Source of the DNA: a candidate division WOR-3 bacterium
GTDB taxonomy: Bacteria; Hydrothermota; Tepidihabitantia; Tepidihabitantales; Tepidihabitantaceae
Assembly (NCBI GenBank): GCA_965649225.1
Contig: CBFGJX010000013.1
Location: 1 to 33,551, forward strand
Reading direction: 5' to 3'
DNA: 33,551 bases
The number at the start of each line of letters is the position of its first letter. Within the stretch, counting starts at the first letter, position 1. The position numbers and the translations under genes are program-made. This document shows positions 26,043 to 33,551 of this stretch, piece by piece. The notes beneath the pieces are model-generated. The model worked only from the letters and a program-made list of their open reading frames with translations. It was not told where the DNA came from and did no database searches.

Positions 26043-28757
26043 ATGCAAAAGGGAGCTGTGGTTCTCCTGCTGATGCTAACTGCCGCCACAATGATCGCAG
26101 CACCGGTGGCAGCATCACGCAACGAGACCATGACACTGTCTCTGGACCGGATTCAGCCTCAGCCGCTGGCCGGCGTCAAACTGCGCGTCCAGCACCAGGG
26201 ACTGGCAACCGACGCCATCGACACGCTGCGCAACGACGACAACACCCCCGCCTACTTCTATCGCTACAACTACTACTGGCTGGCCAGACTGACCCCCGCT
26301 TCAGTCTGTTCGCTGCAGACGATTCAGATCTACAAGTACGCCCTCGACACCCTGGGCTGGGTTGCCGGCTGCTCGCTTTACATTTTCGCCGATACGGTCG
26401 TTAACAACCACTCCTATCCCGGCCGGCTGGTTGCCAGCGGTTACGGCGTCGACACTCTGGCCGTTGGCTACAACGTGCTGATCTCCAACTACAACGCTAC
26501 CGGTATCGTCGCCGGTCCGGCGCCGTTCTGGGTCGGCTGGAAGTGCATACCGATTGTCTCTAGCGACACGCTCTTCCCGCTGCTGGACAACGGCACGGTA
26601 TCGTGGCGTAATGCGCTGTCGCTTGACCGAACACAGTGGTTTGAGGTTACCGCCGGCGACTTCTTCCATCGCGCGGTGGTGAACTATTTCAGCACTGCCG
26701 CCACACACGACGTCGGCATCGCCGGCATTGGCAACAGCCGCGGCTTTTTCCTGAATCCCGGACAGAATGCCGTGATCTCCTGCGACGTCTTCAACGGCGG
26801 CGATACTGTTGAGGCCGGTTTCCCGGTTGTGTGCTCGGTCTACACCGAAACCGGCACACCCGTTACCGGTTTCACCGAGACTTTCCCGCTTGATATTACC
26901 CCCGGCGACACTGTTCCCTATGTCTTCAATACCCAGTGGCAGCCGACGACTGCCGGCGTCTACTTCCTGAAAGTGAAGACCGCCCGCGCCGGCGATGCCC
27001 GGCCCAACAACGATATGCAGCTGCGCGAAGCCCAGGTCTGCGGCAGCAGCGCGGTCTTGCGCTATGATGACAATCTCGCGCCCGACAACGCCTGGGCCCT
27101 CTACAACGCCGGCGGCATGTTCTTGAACAAGTTTGTTCCGCCCAGCTATCCGGTCTTCATTGATTCGCTTTACTACCACTTCTGGGCCTCAACCTGGCCG
27201 TCACCGGGCGGCAACGGAGCAATCTTCGAAGTCTGGCTCGACTCGGCCGGCATACCCCGCTACCAGGTCTTCTGCGAAACCACAACGGTCAACCGCGGCG
27301 CATGGAATACCGTCGCCCTGCCGACACCGATCCGGGTCGACAGTGCTGCTTTCCTCGTCGGCTACCGTCAGACTGCCGATTATCCCAACTGCCCGGGACT
27401 TTCGACCGACGACGACCCGCCCTACTCGGTACAGGGATGGCTGCTGGTCGGTGACACCTGGTACTACAATGCCAATCCCGAAGGCGACTACAAGATCCGG
27501 GCGGCAATCCGTCAGGCCGGTGGCCCGCCACCTCAGGCCGGCTGGACCGAGATCACCCAGGTACCGTTGTCGCCTTCCGGCAAGGCAGTCAAGGATGGCG
27601 GCGCCCTTGCCTTCGATGCCGGCACCAGCACGATCTATGTGCTGAAAGGCAACAAGACCGGCGACTTCTACAGCTACGACGGCACTACCTGGACAACACT
27701 GACACCGATGCCCCCGGGAACCGAGGCCAAGCTGCCGTCGAAAGGTGCCAACATCTGCACCGACGGCAACGGCACGGTCTATGCCACCAAGGGTAACAAC
27801 ACCCTCGGCTTCTGGAAGTACTCCGGCGGCACCTGGACCCAGCTCACCGATGTCCCGACCGGAGCCTCCAACAAGAAAGTCAAAGGTGGCACTGACCTGG
27901 TCTATGTCGATGACGGCGAAAGCACCTGGGTCTACCTGCTCAAAGGTTACGGCACCGAGTTCTACCGTTACAGCACCGCTTCCGGCGCGTGGTACACCCT
28001 CACCGACGCACCGGCCGGGGCCAAGGCCAAGTACGACAAAGGCTCCTGGCTCGTTTATGACGTTGCGGGCGGAAAACTCTACGCCCACAAGGCCAAGTAC
28101 AGCGAGATGTATGCCTATGACCTCGCCACCGGCAGCTGGGGTTCGCAGCTTGCCGGTATCCCGCTGCAGAACAGCCAGACCGGCAAGAGCAAGAAGGCCA
28201 AGGACGGCTCCGACGGCGTAATCCTCGGGGGCGTGTTGTATGCCCTGAAAGGCGGCAACACCCAGGACTTCTACGCCTGCAATCTCACAACCGGTGCCTG
28301 GACAGAAAAAGAAACCATCCCGGCAATCGGCTCCACCCAGAAGAAAAAGCGGGTAAAAGGCGGTGGCGGTATCACCACGGACGGTGTTTACCTCTACGCC
28401 CTGAAAGGCAACAAGACGGTCGAACTCTGGCGCTACGGTGCAGGTACGTTCGCTGCCGGATCGCGGCAGAACGGTGTGATGACTGAATCATTCCGTAACC
28501 TCCAGCACGGTCTGCGGCTGAGCGCAAATCCGGTAGTTGCCGGCGTCGTCAGCGTTCACTACGCGCTGCCGAAATCCGGACCGGCCACGCTCCGGCTTTG
28601 TGACATCACCGGCCGCACCGTCCTGATGCAAACGCTGGCGGCCGAGCGCACTGGCACGGTCAACCTGAACGTCGGCTCGCTGCCGACCGGCATCTACCTG
28701 CTGCGGTTCGATGCCGAAGGCTGGACCGGCGCCCGGAAGCTGATCGTCAGGAACTAA
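26043..28757 (+). CDS. Secreted protein with CARDB-like domain, Lys-rich Kelch module and T9SS-like CTD
   Basis: Signal peptide; two LRxDD-initiated domains; HDVGI...DARPNND unit; Kelch module highly similar to that of 1316..5731; CTD ANP...DITGR...LPTGIYL...KLIVRN. Confidence 0.9.
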   Translation: MQKGAVVLLLMLTAATMIAAPVAASRNETMTLSLDRIQPQPLAGVKLRVQHQGLATDAIDTLRNDDNTPAYFYRYNYYWLARLTPASVCSLQTIQIYKYALDTLGWVAGCSLYIFADTVVNNHSYPGRLVASGYGVDTLAVGYNVLISNYNATGIVAGPAPFWVGWKCIPIVSSDTLFPLLDNGTVSWRNALSLDRTQWFEVTAGDFFHRAVVNYFSTAATHDVGIAGIGNSRGFFLNPGQNAVISCDVFNGGDTVEAGFPVVCSVYTETGTPVTGFTETFPLDITPGDTVPYVFNTQWQPTTAGVYFLKVKTARAGDARPNNDMQLREAQVCGSSAVLRYDDNLAPDNAWALYNAGGMFLNKFVPPSYPVFIDSLYYHFWASTWPSPGGNGAIFEVWLDSAGIPRYQVFCETTTVNRGAWNTVALPTPIRVDSAAFLVGYRQTADYPNCPGLSTDDDPPYSVQGWLLVGDTWYYNANPEGDYKIRAAIRQAGGPPPQAGWTEITQVPLSPSGKAVKDGGALAFDAGTSTIYVLKGNKTGDFYSYDGTTWTTLTPMPPGTEAKLPSKGANICTDGNGTVYATKGNNTLGFWKYSGGTWTQLTDVPTGASNKKVKGGTDLVYVDDGESTWVYLLKGYGTEFYRYSTASGAWYTLTDAPAGAKAKYDKGSWLVYDVAGGKLYAHKAKYSEMYAYDLATGSWGSQLAGIPLQNSQTGKSKKAKDGSDGVILGGVLYALKGGNTQDFYACNLTTGAWTEKETIPAIGSTQKKKRVKGGGGITTDGVYLYALKGNKTVELWRYGAGTFAAGSRQNGVMTESFRNLQHGLRLSANPVVAGVVSVHYALPKSGPATLRLCDITGRTVLMQTLAAERTGTVNLNVGSLPTGIYLLRFDAEGWTGARKLIVRN

Positions 28758-28774
28758 CCCAAGACCGCATTCAG

Positions 28775-28807
28775 GACAGGGGCGGCACAATGCCGCCCCT
28801 GTCTTTT
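28775..28807 (+). terminator. Intrinsic terminator
   Basis: 13-bp stem GACAGGGGCGGCA/TGCCGCCCCTGTC followed by TTTT. Confidence 0.8.
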
Positions 28808-28832
28808 GTTCTGTCTGTGCGAGTAGCCGGGA

Positions 28833-28860
28833 TTGACTGCCGTCTGGTCACGATTAGCAT
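28833..28860 (+). promoter_or_regulatory. Sigma-70-type promoter (leaderless)
   Basis: TTGACT-N16-TAGCAT, 5 nt before the in-frame GTG at 28866. Confidence 0.55.
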
Positions 28861-28865
28861 TCAAC

Positions 28866-29492
28866 GTGCGTTCGATTTTTCCTGTCGGCCTGCTGGTCCT
28901 GACCGCCGTCTGTACGCCACGCACCGAAACGCCGGCACGGCCGAGCCAGCCTCCAACCGATACAGTCACTGCCGCCCAGCCGCCCGACTCAAATCCTGTC
29001 GCGGCAGCCCCGGACAAGCCGGCTCGTCCCGCTGCCGCCGACTCTCTCCCTGATCAGACCGTGACACCCCGCACCAGTCAGATACCACCACGCATCGCCA
29101 GCCGTTTCCCGGCAGCGGTAGCCTGCGATTCAGCCTCGTCACCATTCAGTCACGCTATCATCAGCGACCGGAACGGCATCATCGGCTATGAAGTCACCAG
29201 CGAAGCCGCTGGCACAACCAGCACCGGCTTCGGCGGACCGGTACCGCTGCGAATCTGGCTCGACCCCGACGGCAAGGTCGTTGACCTCGAAGTCCTCGCC
29301 AACGCCGAAACGCCCGCGTATCTTCGGCTGATCATGACAACCGGGGTAGTCGACAGAATCAGACGCTGTTCGCCCGACTCACTGCAACAGGTCGATGCCA
29401 TAACCGGTGCAACCTTCACATCACGGGCAATCATCGAAGGGACGCGGCTCACCGTTGAAAAGGTCCGACGCGAACTAATCACCCGGCGCTGA
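28866..29492 (+). CDS. Exported FMN-binding domain protein (RnfG/NqrC-like)
   Basis: GFGGPV, ETPAY and flavinylation motif VDAITGATFTS; hydrophobic N-terminus ending in Cys; Pro/Ala linker. Confidence 0.85.
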   Translation: MRSIFPVGLLVLTAVCTPRTETPARPSQPPTDTVTAAQPPDSNPVAAAPDKPARPAAADSLPDQTVTPRTSQIPPRIASRFPAAVACDSASSPFSHAIISDRNGIIGYEVTSEAAGTTSTGFGGPVPLRIWLDPDGKVVDLEVLANAETPAYLRLIMTTGVVDRIRRCSPDSLQQVDAITGATFTSRAIIEGTRLTVEKVRRELITRR

Positions 29493-29511
29493 CTGGGCAG
29501 CGCTGTCAGGC

Positions 29512-29540
29512 TTGATAGCGCCAGCGATGACCAATATACT
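29512..29540 (+). promoter_or_regulatory. Sigma-70-type promoter of ndk
   Basis: TTGATA-N17-TATACT. Confidence 0.6.
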
Positions 29541-29551
29541 TAGTGTTAGAC

Positions 29552-29965
29552 GTGCCCACCGAGCAGACACTTTTGCTGATCAAGCCTGACGCAGTCAGGG
29601 CGCGTGTGATCGGCAGGATAGTTTCCCGGATTGAAGCGAACCCCGACTGGCAGATAACCGGGCTGGTCATGCGGCGGCTGTCGCCAGCGGAAGCCGAGGA
29701 ATTCTACTCAATTCACCGAGGCAAAAACTTCTTGGCCGGACTGGTCGAATTCATGACTTCCGGTCCCCTGATCGCCCTGAGGATTGAAGGACCCGAAGTC
29801 CGTTCACGCCTGCGCCAGCTCGTCGGCGCCACTGACCCCGCTGCTGCTCTGCCCGGGACCATCAGGGCCGAGTTTGGAACAAACAATCGGATGAACGCAG
29901 TTCACGCCTCCAACCCCGATGAGGACGTCGAGCGCGAACTGCGGTTTTTCTTTTCCGAGAGGTAA
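29552..29965 (+). CDS. ndk: Nucleoside-diphosphate kinase
   Basis: EQTLLLIKPDAV, FMTSGP, GATDP, PGTIRAEFG and NAVHAS; GTG 29552 preferred over 29543. Confidence 0.96.
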   Translation: MPTEQTLLLIKPDAVRARVIGRIVSRIEANPDWQITGLVMRRLSPAEAEEFYSIHRGKNFLAGLVEFMTSGPLIALRIEGPEVRSRLRQLVGATDPAAALPGTIRAEFGTNNRMNAVHASNPDEDVERELRFFFSER

Positions 29966-30007
29966 ACCATCCCAGCCCAGTTACTGTCCGATAACACAGG
30001 AGGCACT

Positions 30008-33000
30008 GTGAACCACCGCCGTTTGCTGCTGGTTATTCTGCTTGCCCCGGCACTGGCTCTGGCAGGCACAATTACCCGCACATTCACATTCTCGCCCGAG
30101 GAGGTCAGCTTCACCCGGGCCAATGGCTACGACATTCCCCAGTTGCGCGACTATATTTCGACTTCGCCCCCGGGTGCGCCGATTATTCCGCAGGCGCTGG
30201 TTACCTTTCTGGTTCCTGCCGGCTCGGTTGTCACCGGCGTGACAGTCGTCAAATCAATTCCGGTCCGCCTGCCCGGAACCTATCGGATTCACCCCGCCCA
30301 GCTACCGCGTCCGCTGAGCGCAACTGCCCCGGTGTCTTTTGTTGAACCGGACCCCGCTGTTTACAACTCTGCTGCCGACTATCCCGGCCAGGTTGCCGCC
30401 CACGGCCACACCGGCGAGAAATCCGGCTTCCGGCTCTGCGGCATCAGCCTCTACCCGTTGCAGTATTCACCGCTGGAAGGCACCCTTACCCTTCACACCC
30501 AGCTGACGGTCCGCGTCGAATATCGCGAAGCGGCCGACCGTCCCGTTGCCATGACCCGCAGCCAGCAGGAATGGACCAGCATGGCCCTGCGCTCCCTGGT
30601 GGTCAATCCCGAAGACATCAAAGCCTTCGCTCCGCCGCTTCGCCAGACTGACCCGACCGATGCCGAGTACGTCATAATCACCTCTGAGAGTTATGTTTCC
30701 ACACTCCAGCCGCTGGCGGATTGGCATGCACGCAAGGGCTACACCACCGTTTTCAAAACCGTCTCCTGGATTACCAGCACCTATCCCGGCCGCGACACTC
30801 AGGAAAAGATCCGCAATTTCATTATCGACTACTGGCAGAATCACGGCACGATTTTTGTTCTGCTTGCCGGTGCCAATTCGTTGATTCCCGCCCGCCGCGG
30901 ACGCTCAATCTGCGGGGGCTACACCGGCAACATCCCGGCTGACCTGTACTACATGGACCTGCAGTGGTCATGGGACGGCAACAACAACAGCGTTTTCGGT
31001 GAGGCCGATGGTGACACCGTTGACTTCTACTCCGACATCTACCTCGGTCGGGCACCCATCGCCAGTGTCGCCAACGCCCAGACCTTTGTCAGCAAGGTGA
31101 CGACCTATGAGCGCAGTCCCAACACCAGCTACATCAAACGTACCTACCTGCCCTGGGTGCCACTGTTTACCGGCTACACCGGTGAGCCTGTCTCCGACAC
31201 GATCGCCAACATGACCCCTTCCGGCTGGGTTGATACCAAAGCCCCCAGCCCGTCCACGTCGGCGTTCCAGGCCGCCATCAATTCCGGCTACGGCTACAGC
31301 CATGCCGCAGCCCACGGCGACGACTACGGCTTCTACACTGATGCCGGCACGCCAATTTACACCACAACTCAGGCCGCCGCCCAGACCAACGGCCTGGACA
31401 AACTGGTGATAATGAACTCGATGGCCTGCATATCCGGCAACTTTGAAAACCAGAGCTGCCTCTCAGTGGTGCTCCAGAACAATCCCAGCGGCGGTACCGT
31501 CGCCAACATGATGAACTCCCGCTACGGCTGGGGAACACCGCCCAGTTTCGGCCCTTCCGAAAAACTCTGTGTCCGCTTCTACGACTTCTTTCTCAACTAC
31601 GACTCGTTCCCGGTCGGGATTGCCCACGCCCGGGGCAAGGACTGGTACGCGGCGCTTGCTCCTTCGCAGGAAGTCTGGCGCTGGTGCTTCTACGACTATA
31701 ACCTGCTTGGTGACCCGGCAATGCCGGTATGGAGTGAAACACCCGGCACAATGACGGTCGCCGCACCCGACACCGTTACAACCGGCCCGCAATCGATTCG
31801 GGTCACGGTGACCAGCAACGGCTCCCCGCTTGCCAAGGCCCGAGTCGGTCTTTACAAACCCGGCGAAGTATCGGCCCGGGGGATCACCAATGCTGCCGGC
31901 CAGGCCGAGGTGCTGATCAGCCCGTCGACAACCGGTATTCTCTACATCACCGTCTACGCTCAGGACAAGTACCCGGTCACCGACAGTGCCATCGTCACCG
32001 CCGGCGCCCCTCGTCCTTATCTTGTCCTTCAGGGCACCTGGATTGACGACGGTGGCAACAACCGACTCGACCCGGGCGAGACAGTTAACCTGTATGTGAC
32101 CATCCGCAACGCCGGCAACGCGGCTGCAACCGGGGTGACCGGTCGGCTACGCACAGCTTCAAGCTACATCACGCTGATTGATTCATCCGCCAGTTATGGC
32201 AACATCAACGTCGCCGATACCAGCCGCGGCGACTACTACCGGCTGACAGCGTCCCAGTCAACGCCACCCGGCAGTCGAATCCAGTTCACCGCAGCGCTGA
32301 CTGCGACCGAAGGCTCCTGGGATGTTCCGGTCGAGCTCACGGTCGGAGCACCTCAGGTGCCCGGTCAGGTAACGCTCACCCACGATACCGGCTACTGCAA
32401 ACTCAGTGTTACTGCCCTTGGTTCAATCGGTTATACTGAACCGCCCGGGGACAAAGATGCCGGCGTCGGTTTCAGCTACCCCAAAACCAGTGCCAGTCAC
32501 CTGTACTACTCCAGCCTGCTGGTGGGCAACTCCACCTCCTACGTCGCCGACCACTATTTCGGCCAGCCTCCTTCCAGCCCGCCCAACACCGATTTTCGCA
32601 TCGTTGACAGTCTCTTCCCGGTTTTGCCACCCGCCAACGGCGACCAGCACTTCCGCTGTGTATTCAGCGATGCCGGGCATCCCACCCCCAAGGGATTGCG
32701 GATAGTGGCAAACAGCTACCAGACCAACCGCTCCGGCTACGACGACTTCGTGGTCCTGCAGTACATTATCAGCAACCAGGGGACCAGTGCTGTCAACGGC
32801 CTCTATGCCGGTGTCATGGCCGACTTTGATATCGGCTCCAACAGTGCTACCAACTCCGGTTCATCCAACGAAACCAAACGCTACAGCTGCATGCGCCAGC
32901 AGTCGAGCGAAAACCCCACCGTCGGCGTAAAGATCCTTGAACCACCGTCGTTCGCCAACCTCTCACTGATTGATCACGCCCGCTATGTGTACCCGGACTC

Positions 33001-33517
33001 CTGCATGAGCGAAAGCCAGAAGTATCGCTGGCTGACCGGGGCATTGTCTCAACGCAACTCCAACCGCAACTACGACTGGTCGGTTGTAACTTCGGTCGGA
33101 CCGTTCGACCTGCCGGTTGGCGGCAGCTACCGGGTCGCCTTCGCCTTCATCGGCGCCACATCCTCGGCTCAGTTCCTGGCCCACGCTGACAGCGCCCAGT
33201 CATGGTACGATAACTACACCGCTGTCAGCGAAAACGGCTCGCCGAACATCAGAACTGTGCGGCGAGCAGTATCCTGCTCGCCCAACCCGTTCTCCCAATC
33301 CACCCGTATCAGACTGAACATCCCCAGTGCCGGACCCGTACTTGTCCAGGTCTGTGACGTGTCAGGCAGGATTGTGATGACGCTGGAGAATCGTTCGCTG
33401 GCCGCCGGCAATCACGAAATCGTCTGGCAGCCCGGAGACATTCCGAACGGCATCTATCTGCTGACCGTAAAACACGCAAACAGCACCCTGACCGAGAAGC
33501 TGTCGTTCTACCGCTAG
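30008..33517 (+). CDS. C25 (gingipain-like) cysteine peptidase with propeptide, Ig-like domains and T9SS-like CTD
   Basis: Propeptide PGAPIIP; EYVIIT, KIRNFI, DIYLGRAP, AHG (His), MAC (Cys) and YNLLGDP motifs; CTD SPNPF...DVSGR...NGIYL...EKL; AGGAGG SD. Confidence 0.92.
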   Translation: MNHRRLLLVILLAPALALAGTITRTFTFSPEEVSFTRANGYDIPQLRDYISTSPPGAPIIPQALVTFLVPAGSVVTGVTVVKSIPVRLPGTYRIHPAQLPRPLSATAPVSFVEPDPAVYNSAADYPGQVAAHGHTGEKSGFRLCGISLYPLQYSPLEGTLTLHTQLTVRVEYREAADRPVAMTRSQQEWTSMALRSLVVNPEDIKAFAPPLRQTDPTDAEYVIITSESYVSTLQPLADWHARKGYTTVFKTVSWITSTYPGRDTQEKIRNFIIDYWQNHGTIFVLLAGANSLIPARRGRSICGGYTGNIPADLYYMDLQWSWDGNNNSVFGEADGDTVDFYSDIYLGRAPIASVANAQTFVSKVTTYERSPNTSYIKRTYLPWVPLFTGYTGEPVSDTIANMTPSGWVDTKAPSPSTSAFQAAINSGYGYSHAAAHGDDYGFYTDAGTPIYTTTQAAAQTNGLDKLVIMNSMACISGNFENQSCLSVVLQNNPSGGTVANMMNSRYGWGTPPSFGPSEKLCVRFYDFFLNYDSFPVGIAHARGKDWYAALAPSQEVWRWCFYDYNLLGDPAMPVWSETPGTMTVAAPDTVTTGPQSIRVTVTSNGSPLAKARVGLYKPGEVSARGITNAAGQAEVLISPSTTGILYITVYAQDKYPVTDSAIVTAGAPRPYLVLQGTWIDDGGNNRLDPGETVNLYVTIRNAGNAAATGVTGRLRTASSYITLIDSSASYGNINVADTSRGDYYRLTASQSTPPGSRIQFTAALTATEGSWDVPVELTVGAPQVPGQVTLTHDTGYCKLSVTALGSIGYTEPPGDKDAGVGFSYPKTSASHLYYSSLLVGNSTSYVADHYFGQPPSSPPNTDFRIVDSLFPVLPPANGDQHFRCVFSDAGHPTPKGLRIVANSYQTNRSGYDDFVVLQYIISNQGTSAVNGLYAGVMADFDIGSNSATNSGSSNETKRYSCMRQQSSENPTVGVKILEPPSFANLSLIDHARYVYPDSCMSESQKYRWLTGALSQRNSNRNYDWSVVTSVGPFDLPVGGSYRVAFAFIGATSSAQFLAHADSAQSWYDNYTAVSENGSPNIRTVRRAVSCSPNPFSQSTRIRLNIPSAGPVLVQVCDVSGRIVMTLENRSLAAGNHEIVWQPGDIPNGIYLLTVKHANSTLTEKLSFYR

Positions 33518-33551
33518 CTCTGCTCTTCAGTACGGTTCCAGCGGCGGGCGG

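Noticed and set aside
4498..28436. Diversity-generating retroelement template/variable pair between the Kelch modules
   Set aside because: Differences are mostly synonymous and not adenine-specific, and there is no reverse transcriptase in the window.
1..33551. CRISPR array, IS elements, rRNA genes
   Set aside because: No regularly spaced repeats, transposase ORFs or rRNA signatures seen.

Overview
GC-rich bacterial chromosomal window. The Kelch-module plus T9SS-like C-terminal-domain (CTD) proteins suggest an FCB-group lineage such as candidate phylum WOR-3; this is inference. It holds housekeeping genes (rimP-nusA-infB-DUF503, uppP, ndk, two tRNA-Ala), a CoA-transferase/GNAT plus ADP-forming acyl-CoA synthetase pair, a TPR-HNH-Omp85-uppP cluster, and many secreted or surface proteins with CTDs (M6 and C25 proteases, two modular Kelch proteins). 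The most striking feature is the ~960-bp gap between tRNA-Ala(UGC) and rimP. On the minus strand it reads as a consensus sigma-54 promoter with an IHF-like site, an rRNA-type hairpin/boxA/boxC leader, a ~600-nt multi-domain structured RNA with several anti-Shine-Dalgarno (CCUCC) motifs, and a closing hairpin. G-U pairs fix the strand, and it matches no RNA family I recognise. Also notable: an exact 127-bp gene-end plus terminator repeat, a conserved Lys-rich propeller module, and several apparently leaderless genes.
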